DNA of 32,000 nucleotides from Desulfocapsa sulfexigens DSM 10523. Lineage in GTDB: Bacteria > Desulfobacterota > Desulfobulbia > Desulfobulbales > Desulfocapsaceae. Location: NCBI RefSeq assembly GCF_000341395.1, contig NC_020304.1:2760001-2792000 (forward strand). Reading direction: 5' to 3'. Both the position numbers and the translations under genes were made by a program. Numbering within the stretch: position 1 is the first letter of the stretch; the number at the start of each line of letters is the position of its first letter. This document shows, piece after piece, positions 1 through 8,887 of this stretch. Below the pieces are notes generated by a model. The model had not been told where the DNA came from, did not search any database, and saw nothing but the letters and a program-made list of their open reading frames with translations.

Positions 1-873
1 TATTTCTTTTCCAATATGCTGCCGTCAACGGTTGGCGGCGATGTTGTTAGATCCTATTATACCGGCAAGATTATTCAGGATCAGTCCTATTCGGCAATTG
101 CCATTTTCATAGAGCGTTTCTCCGGTATTTTCTTTCTTTTTCTTCTCGTTCTCTTTGCACCACTTGTAAAGCCGTCACTCTACTTGAGTCCCTTTGTCTT
201 TGTTCCAGTTATCGCCTCCCTTATTCTCACTCTCAGTACTCTCTGGATGGCAAAGGTCAAAAAACCGTTTGTTTTTGCCGATGTGATTGTTGCCTCTGGT
301 TTAAAGGTTTTCAGAAAAACAATGGTACTGTTTGGTAGAAAAGACCCCCAGGTATTCATCGGAACAATTGAAGATCACTATAAAGCATTTATACAGCGGC
401 TAGAAAAGTTGCATCTCAAGGTGGTCCAGGCATTTGAGACAATCTTTAAAGATAAAATATTATTTTTGAAGTTGACATTTGTTACGGCTCTTTTTTATCT
501 GCTTACCTGGGTTAATGTGTCTCTTGCGTTACTGGCGTTTGGTGTTAACCATCAGTTTTCCGATATTTGCGCCCTGGTGCCAACTATCCTCTTTGTTGCC
601 CATTTTCCAGTTACCATTCTCGGGAACCTGGGGTTTTTTGAGTCAGTTTTTGTTTTTTATCTTCTGCTGGTCGATATCCCAGGCAACGGTTCTCTGGCCA
701 TGGGATTACTTTTACGAATGAAAATGTTGCTTATCGGTATTGTCGGTTTTTATGTTTATCTTGTATATAAACACGCTACGGGGGATGATGCGAAGCAGTT
801 AGGGGCGGTGGATGAAAAAAAGCACCTAAGCAGTGATGTGAAAAAGGAGTCTCCTGAAAATGATAGTTGTTGA
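1..873 (+). CDS. Flippase-like / lysylphosphatidylglycerol-synthase-TM (UPF0104) family integral membrane protein, 5-prime partial
   Basis: The frame is open from base 1 (tat ttc ttt tcc aat ATG), so the ATG at 16 is probably internal. It has the family-typical STVGGDVVRSYY motif followed by multiple hydrophobic helices. The 3-prime end overlaps the next gene by 14 nt. Confidence 0.65.
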   Translation, partial: YFFSNMLPSTVGGDVVRSYYTGKIIQDQSYSAIAIFIERFSGIFFLFLLVLFAPLVKPSLYLSPFVFVPVIASLILTLSTLWMAKVKKPFVFADVIVASGLKVFRKTMVLFGRKDPQVFIGTIEDHYKAFIQRLEKLHLKVVQAFETIFKDKILFLKLTFVTALFYLLTWVNVSLALLAFGVNHQFSDICALVPTILFVAHFPVTILGNLGFFESVFVFYLLLVDIPGNGSLAMGLLLRMKMLLIGIVGFYVYLVYKHATGDDAKQLGAVDEKKHLSSDVKKESPENDSC

Positions 874-1612
874 AAAAAAATCTATCCAGGAAAAGGTCTC
901 TGGCAACTCCGGAATGTTTGCTAAATACAGAGTGGCAATGGTTGGTGACGGTGGGAACCTGACTCTTTTCCTGTATGAACTGATTAACTTTTTTTGTACA
1001 CCCGTGCCGGGGATATCGGGTGTTTTGTTTAGGAGATTGTTTTTTCCTCTGCTGCTTGGGAAAATCGGTACAGCTGTTCGTATTTACGAAAACTGCACGA
1101 TACGCAATGGTCGTAATATTGTGCTAGGTGATAATGTTTGTATTGAAAAGGAAGTCACGCTGGACGTGAAACCCGGGGAAAATAAAATTGTACTCGGTGA
1201 TAATGTTATCATAGGAAACCGTGTAATCTTCAATTGCTCTGGTGGTGTGATTTCCATCGGTGACGGGACAGTGGTTGGATCGCATTGTCGACTCGGTTCT
1301 TTACTTGGTAACACGATAGGCTGTCATTGCAGAATAGGCAGAGATAGTTGTATTGTCGGGGCAGGTCATGCCACCGGTGATCTTGAGAAAGCCATCGTTC
1401 GCCAGCCGATAACCTGTAATGGCCCGAGCATTATCGGCGATTATGTGTCAATTGGGGAAAGAGTCACTCTGCTGGATGGGGTCAGGGTTGGTTCACATGT
1501 CACAATCTGTTCCGACTCCCTGGTGCTTCAGGATATCCCTGATAATTGTACTGTTTCAGGAGTCCCTGCAAAGATCATTTCCAAAGAGTCGGTTCAGGGG
1601 AGAAGACTGTAA
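860..1612 (+). CDS. Hexapeptide-repeat (left-handed beta-helix) acyl/acetyltransferase
   Basis: Repeated [LIV]-G-x4 hexapeptides are present (IVLGDNVCIEKEV, IVLGDNVIIGNRV, ISIGDGTVVGSHC, IIGDYVSIGERVTLLDGVRVGSHV). Its size and layout match WcaF/NodL/LacA-type sugar O-acetyltransferases. Confidence 0.8.
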   Translation: MIVVEKKSIQEKVSGNSGMFAKYRVAMVGDGGNLTLFLYELINFFCTPVPGISGVLFRRLFFPLLLGKIGTAVRIYENCTIRNGRNIVLGDNVCIEKEVTLDVKPGENKIVLGDNVIIGNRVIFNCSGGVISIGDGTVVGSHCRLGSLLGNTIGCHCRIGRDSCIVGAGHATGDLEKAIVRQPITCNGPSIIGDYVSIGERVTLLDGVRVGSHVTICSDSLVLQDIPDNCTVSGVPAKIISKESVQGRRL

Positions 1613-1651
1613 ACATGGAATGCTTGCTAATATCTCAATTGCAGGTGTGTT

Positions 1652-2305
1652 TTGTTGTATAAATTCCTCCAATGGTGCCCTGGTGCAGTTGGCTTGTTGT
1701 TGAGGCAGAAACTCTATCCGAGGTATCTGAAGAATTGTGGACGCAATGTCCTTTTTGGCAGGTTTGTTGAGTTTGCCAATGCCAGGGAGAAAATCACCAT
1801 TGGCTCCGGAGTGGTACTTAATGATTTTGTGTGTCTCGATGGTGGTGATCCATCGGATTTTGATTCCCCTCTGATCATAGAGGACAACGTATTTATTGGT
1901 ACTGGGACCACGGTTAAAGTAACGGGTGGTAGTATACGTATTGGTGCCGGCACAAACATCGGAAGTGATTGCCTCGTACAGTCTGATCTACCAGTTGTGT
2001 TTGAACATGATGTTCTGGTTGCTGCCTTTTGTGAAATAGGGAAGAGAGATTGTGCCAGACAGCAATTGCTCGACCATGTGGATTCTGACAGCAGTAATTT
2101 AAATAAGGAAACAAGCGTTAAAGAGGGCGGCTGGATTGGCGTTCGTGGAAAAATAAAGGCCGGGCATCATATCGGTGAGGGAACCATTATAGGTGCTCAT
2201 TCCAATGTCGTTACCGATTTGGCGGATAAGGTCGTGGCAATCGGTGATCCGGCCCAGGTACTGCGTGAGCGGAAGGAACCTCAAGTCATAGGAAGAAAGA
2301 GTTGA
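1652..2305 (+). CDS. Second hexapeptide-repeat acyltransferase (paralogue of the preceding gene); TTG start
   Basis: Hexapeptide repeats are present (ITIGSGVVLNDFV, IIEDNVFIGTGTTV, IRIGAGTNIGSDC, GWIGVRGKIKAGHHIGEGTIIGAHSNV). The N-terminal LYKFLQWCPGAVGLLLRQKLYP parallels LYELINFFCTPVPGISGVLFRRLFFP of the upstream gene. AGGTG lies 4 nt before TTG 1652. The start is not certain. Confidence 0.7.
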   Translation: MLYKFLQWCPGAVGLLLRQKLYPRYLKNCGRNVLFGRFVEFANAREKITIGSGVVLNDFVCLDGGDPSDFDSPLIIEDNVFIGTGTTVKVTGGSIRIGAGTNIGSDCLVQSDLPVVFEHDVLVAAFCEIGKRDCARQQLLDHVDSDSSNLNKETSVKEGGWIGVRGKIKAGHHIGEGTIIGAHSNVVTDLADKVVAIGDPAQVLRERKEPQVIGRKS

Positions 2306-2315
2306 TTGTAAGGAA

Positions 2316-3713
2316 ATGTGCTTTTTAATGAAATGGTTTTTAAAAATATTTTTGGTGGCCCTGGTGATGGAGGTCTTAACTTTCGGGAGTGGATTCTGTG
2401 AACAGGATTCTGGTAGTCCTGTAATAGAAAATTCAATCACTTTAAATCGAGCCATTGAAATAGCACTGCAGCATAATCGTTCTCTTCAGCGCTCTCTTCT
2501 TACCCTGACTTCCTCAAAGCTCAGTGTCAAAGCCAGAGAAGATGATTTTGATATCAAAATCATACCCGGTACTATGGTAACCTCGAATTCTTCAAACGAT
2601 AAGTATGTATCCGGTCAGGTGAGAATTCTCAAAGAAACTGAAGTCGGAATTACAGCTTCAATAACACCGAGAATTGAACAACAGGGAGATCTGTACACTT
2701 CATCGGTGAATGTTTTGTTGAATGTGCCACTTTTGAATGGCTTTGGCACTGATTATGCTCTTGATGGCTTGTATAGTGCCCGCTATGACCTTGAAAGTTC
2801 AGAGCAGTCCTATTATCAGCAACAGGTCAATACCGTAATTAAAACTGTTTCAACTGTTTATGAAATAATTAAGGATCAGCAACAGATGGGCCTGCTGAAC
2901 AATCAGCTTAGTGGCCTGGAGAAACATCTGATGTTGACCAAAATGAAAGAAAAGACAGGACTTGCCACAGCTATGGATCTGTACAGAGCTGAATTGAGGC
3001 TTAAAGATGTGCAGAATGAAATGACCACCGTCAACGAGCGATTTGATAATCATGTGGATCAATTAAAGGATCTCTTATCCATCGCAATGCAGGGGGAGTT
3101 GACCGTCACTGCTCCTGTCGATTATGAGCCTGTTATTACTCACCTTGATGAAGCTGTTGCCATAGCTCTTGAAAACCGTATCGAAATTGAACAATCGAAG
3201 CGAAGGAGTGAAGAATCCAGGAGAAAGATGCTTCTGGCCAGGAATAATATTCTGCCCAGAGTCGATTTGGATGTGGGATATCGAAGATATGGTGATAACA
3301 GTTCCTTTCAACTCGATGAGGAAGATTGGACCATAGGGCTGAATGGTTCTTCGGATCTTGCAAGATCCCAGGAGAAAACAGCATTTGAACAGGCCAACAT
3401 CAGATATCGGCAATCAAAGATTGATCTGGAGAGCACTCAGGAAAGCGTTGTTAGAGAAGTTCGGGCTCAGATAAATCAGATGAAAAAAAATGAGCAGCTC
3501 ATCGTTGATCGCCGAGAGCAGGCCAGACAAACAGAGGGCAAGCTGGAACTTGCGTTGTCCAAATTCAACCATGGTCTGGCAGATAACTTCGATTTGTTAG
3601 AAGCACAGACAGAGATGCAGCAGGTCAAGACAGATCTGTTGTTTGATACCATTGGGTATATTGTCGATACCTACAAACTGCGTTCAGTTTTGGGAACACT
3701 CCTTGACAGGTAG
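2316..3713 (+). CDS. TolC-family outer membrane efflux protein (OMF)
   Basis: The 465-aa protein has an N-terminal signal-like segment. It shows the two-repeat, coiled-coil-rich composition typical of OEP/TolC proteins (LTLNRAIEIALQHNRSLQ near the N-terminus). It sits directly upstream of the adaptor, ATPase and permease genes. Confidence 0.85.
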   Translation: MCFLMKWFLKIFLVALVMEVLTFGSGFCEQDSGSPVIENSITLNRAIEIALQHNRSLQRSLLTLTSSKLSVKAREDDFDIKIIPGTMVTSNSSNDKYVSGQVRILKETEVGITASITPRIEQQGDLYTSSVNVLLNVPLLNGFGTDYALDGLYSARYDLESSEQSYYQQQVNTVIKTVSTVYEIIKDQQQMGLLNNQLSGLEKHLMLTKMKEKTGLATAMDLYRAELRLKDVQNEMTTVNERFDNHVDQLKDLLSIAMQGELTVTAPVDYEPVITHLDEAVAIALENRIEIEQSKRRSEESRRKMLLARNNILPRVDLDVGYRRYGDNSSFQLDEEDWTIGLNGSSDLARSQEKTAFEQANIRYRQSKIDLESTQESVVREVRAQINQMKKNEQLIVDRREQARQTEGKLELALSKFNHGLADNFDLLEAQTEMQQVKTDLLFDTIGYIVDTYKLRSVLGTLLDR

Positions 3714-3734
3714 GGTAGCGAGTTGATTGTTAAT

Positions 3735-5165
3735 ATGAAGAAATTTTGTATTGCGTTTTGTACTGTTTTTTTTGCTGTGACTGCGTTGATTTCCGGAGGG
3801 TGTTCTTCAGAGCAGCCTACGGACACTCAGACGGTTGTTCCGGTGAGCAAACATGATTTTAATATAGAATTAAACATTGTTGGTGTACTGGATGCAGCAA
3901 AATCCCATATGATAGCTTCTGAGCTGGAAGGTACAAATGGAACGATCATCTATCTTATTAATGATGGGAAATCGGTGGTTAAAGGTGAAACTGTTGTTCG
4001 TTTTGACCGGGCCTTATTTGAAAAAGAGGTGACTGAGCTTGAAGCACAGGTGGAAAGTTATACAGCTGCTGTAGAGGCAGCAGAGCAGGTAGTGGCTTTT
4101 GAAATCAATCAGGTGGAAAAGGAACTGGTTAACGCCCGCTATGGGCAAAGTGTTGCATCCCTGGAATTAAAACGATTGGAGGAGGGTGACGGTCCCCTTA
4201 AACTTTCAGGGCTTATGGAAGAACGGCAAAAAGTACAAATTGAATTGAAACGATTCCAGGATTTTTTAACAGATCTGGAAAGTTTTGAGAAAAAAGGCTT
4301 TAAGAACCCTTCAGAAATCAGTTCAACAAAAGAAAAAATTGCCGCTTATAATACTGAACTTTCCTCGGTAACTAAGCGCTATGAAACATACAAAAACAAC
4401 GTTCTTCCGGTTCTCATAGAAAGTGCTAAGGCAAAGGTGCAGAATGCTGAAATGCTGGTTCAGCAGACCAGAGAAGGAGGGAAACATAAGATCGCTAAAA
4501 CACGAGCAACCTTGTTGCAGGTAAAGGCGATGTTAAAGACCCAAAAATCTTCTCTGGAGAAGGCTCGGTTGAAACTTTCCAAAACTGAAATAGTTGCCCC
4601 CTTCGATGGTATTGTTATACACTATCAGACCTTTCGCAATGGAGAAAAACGAAAACCGAGAGAGGGTGATTCTGTATTTATGAATCAGCCGATACTCTAT
4701 CTGCCTGATATAACCAGGATGGTTATTAAGACAAAAGCTCGTGAGGTTGATCTTCATAAAATCAAGCTTGGGCAACGGGGTACTATTGTTGTCGATGCCT
4801 ATCCCGACGCAAAGTTGAGCGGTGAACTGACTTTTGTGGGATCGCTGGCAGCTGCCGAAGAGTCCGGCGAAAGTTATGAAAAATATTTTCAGGTTCTTTT
4901 TAAAGTAAATGAGGAGGATACCAGGCTTCGACCAGGCATGACCTGTCGTATATCCATCCAGGCTGAATCAGTAACAGATGCTATCGCTGTACCTCTTCAG
5001 GCTGTGTTTACTCATGATCAGGACATGTTCTGTTACGTGAAGACGGAAGATGGCGGTTTTGAAGCAAGAAGTGTGGTAATCGGTCGTCAGAATGAAGAAT
5101 TTGTTGAAATACTTGAAGGACTGACTGTTGGCGAACAGGTCAGCTTAATCAGGCAAAGTCTGTAA
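3735..5165 (+). CDS. HlyD/MacA-type periplasmic adaptor (membrane fusion protein), probable lipoprotein
   Basis: I place the start at ATG 3735 (MKKFCIAFCTVFFAVTALISGGC), giving a signal peptide with a lipobox-like ISGGC. A long heptad-rich coiled-coil middle region is followed by C-terminal beta-barrel-type motifs (VPLQAVF, VVIGRQN, VEILEGL). The ORF-track start at 3723 is a TTG. Confidence 0.85.
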   Translation: MKKFCIAFCTVFFAVTALISGGCSSEQPTDTQTVVPVSKHDFNIELNIVGVLDAAKSHMIASELEGTNGTIIYLINDGKSVVKGETVVRFDRALFEKEVTELEAQVESYTAAVEAAEQVVAFEINQVEKELVNARYGQSVASLELKRLEEGDGPLKLSGLMEERQKVQIELKRFQDFLTDLESFEKKGFKNPSEISSTKEKIAAYNTELSSVTKRYETYKNNVLPVLIESAKAKVQNAEMLVQQTREGGKHKIAKTRATLLQVKAMLKTQKSSLEKARLKLSKTEIVAPFDGIVIHYQTFRNGEKRKPREGDSVFMNQPILYLPDITRMVIKTKAREVDLHKIKLGQRGTIVVDAYPDAKLSGELTFVGSLAAAEESGESYEKYFQVLFKVNEEDTRLRPGMTCRISIQAESVTDAIAVPLQAVFTHDQDMFCYVKTEDGGFEARSVVIGRQNEEFVEILEGLTVGEQVSLIRQSL

Positions 5166-5168
5166 GAG

Positions 5169-5831
5169 ATGTTACTCGAGGCAAAGGGCTTAAGCCGAAG
5201 CTATCTAATTGGTCAAACCACTATTCCCATTCTCCGGGGGGTTGATATCTCTGTTGCTGAGGGTGAATTTATTTCGATAATGGGCACGTCCGGTTCGGGG
5301 AAATCTACGTTACTTCATATTCTGGGAGGACTGGATACCCCTGATCATGGCACCTATATTTTCAATGGAAAAGATATGCTCAGTATGTCGGATATCGAAA
5401 GATCCGGGATACGAGCCCATTGGATTGGCTTTGTTTTTCAAACCTTTGATCTGCTGCCGGAACTGAATGTTGTTGAAAATATCAGCCTTCCTTTTCTCTA
5501 CAATAAAACAGCCCCTGATCTGAAAAATCATCAGATTAAGAACGCAATGGAGAGGGTTGGTCTCATGCATCGTCAAATGCATCGCCCTCAGGAACTTTCA
5601 GGAGGAGAGATGCAACGGGTAGCAATAGCAAGAGCCCTGGCTGTTAATCCAAAACTAATTCTGGCCGACGAGCCCACTGGTAATCTAGATAGCAGGAATA
5701 GCCATGACATTCTTAATCTTTTTCGGGATTTAAATGAATCCGGTGCCACTGTTATCATGGTCACTCACGATGAAAAAGTTGCTGCTTTCTCCGAAAGAAC
5801 TCTGGAGATGGCAGACGGGTGCCTGAGCTAG
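5169..5831 (+). CDS. ABC transporter ATP-binding protein, MacB/LolD/DevA type
   Basis: Walker A is GTSGSGKST, the ABC signature is [15 protein letters not shown], Walker B is [12 protein letters not shown] and the H-loop is VTHD. The stop codon abuts the permease ATG. Confidence 0.95.
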   Translation: MLLEAKGLSRSYLIGQTTIPILRGVDISVAEGEFISIMGTSGSGKSTLLHILGGLDTPDHGTYIFNGKDMLSMSDIERSGIRAHWIGFVFQTFDLLPELNVVENISLPFLYNKTAPDLKNHQIKNAMERVGLMHRQMHRPQELSGGEMQRVAIARALAVNPKLILADEPTGNLDSRNSHDILNLFRDLNESGATVIMVTHDEKVAAFSERTLEMADGCLS

Positions 5832-7079
5832 ATGATACTTCAGTTTTTACTTTTTCTTCGAATTGCTTATCGCTCACTCTATGTTCACAAATTCCGCTCC
5901 TTCCTAAGTGTGCTTGGTATCGTGTGCGGTGTCATGGCGGTTATGGCCATGATATCAACCGGAGAAGGTGCTAAGCAGGAAGTTCTGGGACGAATAGAAA
6001 AGATGGGCTTGAAAAATATCTACATCAGGAAAGTGGAACTCTCTGAAGAGCTGAAAAAGCAGGTCGCGGAAAAACAATCATACGGTTTATCACTCTATGA
6101 TGTCGAGCGCCTGCAGTTATTGACCCCTGCTATTACTCAGGTTGGTGCGGTTCGAAAGGCCACTCTTACTCCGGTTGGGACAGGAATTGGCATTACTCCC
6201 AAAATCTTGCAATGTACCGGTAACTATGCGTCACTGCTTGGTTTGAAAATAAAAGAAGGGAGGTTTATCAATGAGCTGGATTCCTATCGTGAAAATCAGG
6301 TATGTGTCATAGGCAGTTCACTATCGAGAAGACTCGGTACCGAGGGGCAGGTCGGTAGATCCGTCAGAATGAATGACTCTCTTTATAAAATTGTTGGTAT
6401 TCTGAACAGCTATGATTTTGACGCATCTCAGACTGCAAAAATAAATATTGAGAACTTTAATGATATTGTTTTTTTACCATTGAAGATCCCTAAAAATCCG
6501 ACTAGGTTCGGTTCAGCCATGCGTCAATTTTCAATGCTATCTCATATTGTTGTGGAGGTGGATAGACGAAAGAATGTGGAATCCGTGGCAAAGCTTGTTC
6601 GCCGGACCCTGGAGCTGACTCATAGCCAGGTGTTGGATTATAATATTGTCGTTCCTCTGGAACTTTTGGCCCAGTCTCTTGCAGCACAAAGGATTTTTAA
6701 TCTGGTGCTGGCTGTTACAGGAGGGGTTTCTCTGTTGGTTGGGGGGATTGGGATTATGAATATTATGCTCGCTACGGTGACGGAGCGCAGGCGTGAAATA
6801 GGTGTGCGTCGGGCTGTTGGCGCCACTGAAAAAGATATTGCCTGTCAATTTCTTGCGGAGTCTTTTCTCCTTACCATGTGTGGTGGAGTGATTGGACTTG
6901 TTGGAGGGGTGATCTGTGTCAATGTCATCGAAATGTGGGCTGGGTGGCCAATAAGGGTGACCATTTACGCAATGTTTGTACCATTTGTTTTAGCCTGTGG
7001 TACTGGTATATTTTTTGGTTTTTATCCGGCCGTTCGTGCCGCCAGAATGGATCCTATTCAGGCGCTCAGAACTGTATGA
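5832..7079 (+). CDS. ABC transporter permease, FtsX/MacB type (type VII ABC)
   Basis: One N-terminal TM helix is followed by a periplasmic domain of about 230 aa and then a C-terminal three-TM FtsX module. The module contains the conserved ERRREIGVRRAVGAT...DI..QFL.E segment. This is the MacB/LolC/DevC topology. Confidence 0.9.
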   Translation: MILQFLLFLRIAYRSLYVHKFRSFLSVLGIVCGVMAVMAMISTGEGAKQEVLGRIEKMGLKNIYIRKVELSEELKKQVAEKQSYGLSLYDVERLQLLTPAITQVGAVRKATLTPVGTGIGITPKILQCTGNYASLLGLKIKEGRFINELDSYRENQVCVIGSSLSRRLGTEGQVGRSVRMNDSLYKIVGILNSYDFDASQTAKINIENFNDIVFLPLKIPKNPTRFGSAMRQFSMLSHIVVEVDRRKNVESVAKLVRRTLELTHSQVLDYNIVVPLELLAQSLAAQRIFNLVLAVTGGVSLLVGGIGIMNIMLATVTERRREIGVRRAVGATEKDIACQFLAESFLLTMCGGVIGLVGGVICVNVIEMWAGWPIRVTIYAMFVPFVLACGTGIFFGFYPAVRAARMDPIQALRTV

Positions 7080-7113
7080 TGCTATTATTGTTTTACGTAA
7101 AGGGAGAAAAGAA

Positions 7114-7803
7114 ATGATTCCATTTTTGAGAATAGTTCTCGGAAGAGGGCTCTTGTTTGTTATGGTCGTTACCGTAAGTGTCTGTAATGTCACAATGTCT
7201 TCTGTTGCAGCCACTACAGAGGTTCCTGAAAGTTCAAAAACAGAGATATTATCTCCAAAACCGGATCAAAAGACAAAAGCAGAAACGCCTCCTGCACCTG
7301 GTGCCGTTACCAAAACCTATGTTGATCGTGATCCTGCGGGTGAAGACGATACAATAGATGGCATGACAATGCTGTATATTGGTGGTGCTGTTGGTGTTAT
7401 AGCTATTGGTGCTGTTGCTCTGTCTGGAGGGGGAGGTGGTGACTCATCTGATTCTGCAGGATCTTTACCTGCACCGACTGAGACACCCGTTGGCCCTGAT
7501 CTTAACGGGACCAACTGGGGCGGTTTCTTGAGCATACATGACAAGGCTCATGTCGGGTATCAGACCATATCGGCATCTATACGACACAGTGGACGTGTTG
7601 TAGAGATTCTTACCACTTCAAATCTCGATTATGGGCAATATTTCACTGGAACGATATCGAGTGGTGGCCATATGCTTCTGTATGACAGTATAACTGGGGA
7701 AGACTGGACAACTCATGCTGCGAGTGCCACTGCCAATAGAGTTGATTTGTACGATTTCGTTGACAATTATGCAGATACTGATCAGATGTTGCTCGTCAGG
7801 TAA
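7114..7803 (+). CDS. Hypothetical membrane protein (229 aa): N-terminal signal/anchor, Pro/Thr/Lys-rich linker, Gly/Ala-rich TM segment, beta-rich C-terminal domain of about 110 aa
   Basis: ATG 7114 is preceded by AGGGAGA at 7101-7107. The upstream 39 codons of ORF 6997 overlap the permease 3-prime end. I recognise no family. The hydrophobic segments are LLFVMVVTVSV and MLYIGGAVGVIAIGAVALSGGGGG. Confidence 0.6.
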   Translation: MIPFLRIVLGRGLLFVMVVTVSVCNVTMSSVAATTEVPESSKTEILSPKPDQKTKAETPPAPGAVTKTYVDRDPAGEDDTIDGMTMLYIGGAVGVIAIGAVALSGGGGGDSSDSAGSLPAPTETPVGPDLNGTNWGGFLSIHDKAHVGYQTISASIRHSGRVVEILTTSNLDYGQYFTGTISSGGHMLLYDSITGEDWTTHAASATANRVDLYDFVDNYADTDQMLLVR

Positions 7804-7912
7804 CAGAAAATTAGTATAAAGTGAGTTTGATCTTTAGGGAATTTTAGATGAATTTTTAATTCTTGAAATATCAGTATGAGATTGAGCCGCAAATTTTAGG
7901 GAGAGATATACT

Positions 7913-8878
7913 TTGTTACTTTCTGTTGTAGTTCCTCTTTATAACGAAGAAGAAAATGTTCAGCTTTTATACGATGAACTTAAAGAGGTTCTGAACTTAA
8001 TCGAGGACGACCACGAAATCATTTTTATCGATGATGGAAGCCAGGATACGAGCCTTGAAATTCTTCAAACCATCCAGAAACAGGATGACAGTGTCATTGT
8101 CGTCAGTTTTAGAAGGAATTTCGGCCAGACGGCGGCCATGTCAGCAGGCTTTGATTATGCGCGAGGAGATGTGATTGTTACCATGGATGGTGATCTGCAG
8201 AATGATCCCCATGATATACCTAAGTTACTTGAAAAGATTAAGGATGGGTATGATGTGGTTACCGGCTGGAGATTTGACCGGCAGGATGCCTTTATCAGTC
8301 GAAAACTCCCGTCCATGATTGCTAATAAAATTATCTCTGTAACCACCGGGGTAAGTCTGCACGATTATGGTTGCACTCTAAAGGCTTTCAGGAAGGATGT
8401 TGTGAAGGGAATACGCCTCTATGGAGAAATGCATCGTTTTATCCCTGCTATTGCCAGTGGTATGGGGATTTCCTTCACTGAAGTAAAAGTGAATCACAGG
8501 GCTCGTCGTTTCGGAACTTCCAAATATGGGATTTCTCGTACCATCCGGGTGGTTCTTGATTTGATGACAGTTAAATTTCTTTTGAGTTATGCCACAAGGC
8601 CACTTCATGTTTTCGGGACGGTGGGTGTTCTGTCTGCAGGAGCAGGGTTTGTGATAGCTCTTGTGATGACGTTACAACGTTTTTTTGCAGGTGTTGGGTT
8701 GTCGGACAGGCCACTTCTGCTTTTAGCCGTGTTGCTGATATTTATGGGGGTTCAGTTTATCACCATGGGGCTTCTTGCTGAAATTGTGGTACGAACCTAT
8801 CACGAGTCCCAGGAAAAACCGATTTATTATGTACGTAAGGTTATAGGCATTGTCTCAGGGAAGTCCGAACAGGTCTGA
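7913..8878 (+). CDS. GT2 polyprenyl-phosphate glycosyltransferase (GtrB/ArnC/DPM1-like)
   Basis: Family motifs are VVVPLYNEEENV, IFIDDGSQD and the DxD motif MDGDLQNDP, plus two C-terminal TM helices typical of this subfamily. The TTG start at 7913 lies 8 nt after AGGGAGAG. Confidence 0.85.
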   Translation: MLLSVVVPLYNEEENVQLLYDELKEVLNLIEDDHEIIFIDDGSQDTSLEILQTIQKQDDSVIVVSFRRNFGQTAAMSAGFDYARGDVIVTMDGDLQNDPHDIPKLLEKIKDGYDVVTGWRFDRQDAFISRKLPSMIANKIISVTTGVSLHDYGCTLKAFRKDVVKGIRLYGEMHRFIPAIASGMGISFTEVKVNHRARRFGTSKYGISRTIRVVLDLMTVKFLLSYATRPLHVFGTVGVLSAGAGFVIALVMTLQRFFAGVGLSDRPLLLLAVLLIFMGVQFITMGLLAEIVVRTYHESQEKPIYYVRKVIGIVSGKSEQV

Positions 8879-8887
8879 TTACTTCCT

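Noticed and set aside
1610-1654. The two LbH acyltransferase ORFs share a reading frame, suggesting a split gene or stop-codon read-through
   Set aside because: Two in-frame TAA stops (1610 and 1628) separate them. Each ORF encodes a complete N-terminal segment plus beta-helix, so they are duplicated genes rather than one interrupted gene. A shared frame has a one-in-three chance.
6997-7113. Upstream extension of the hypothetical membrane protein, overlapping the permease 3-prime end
   Set aside because: It overlaps the permease gene by 83 nt and has no SD. ATG 7114 has a good SD and starts a typical basic-then-hydrophobic N-terminus.
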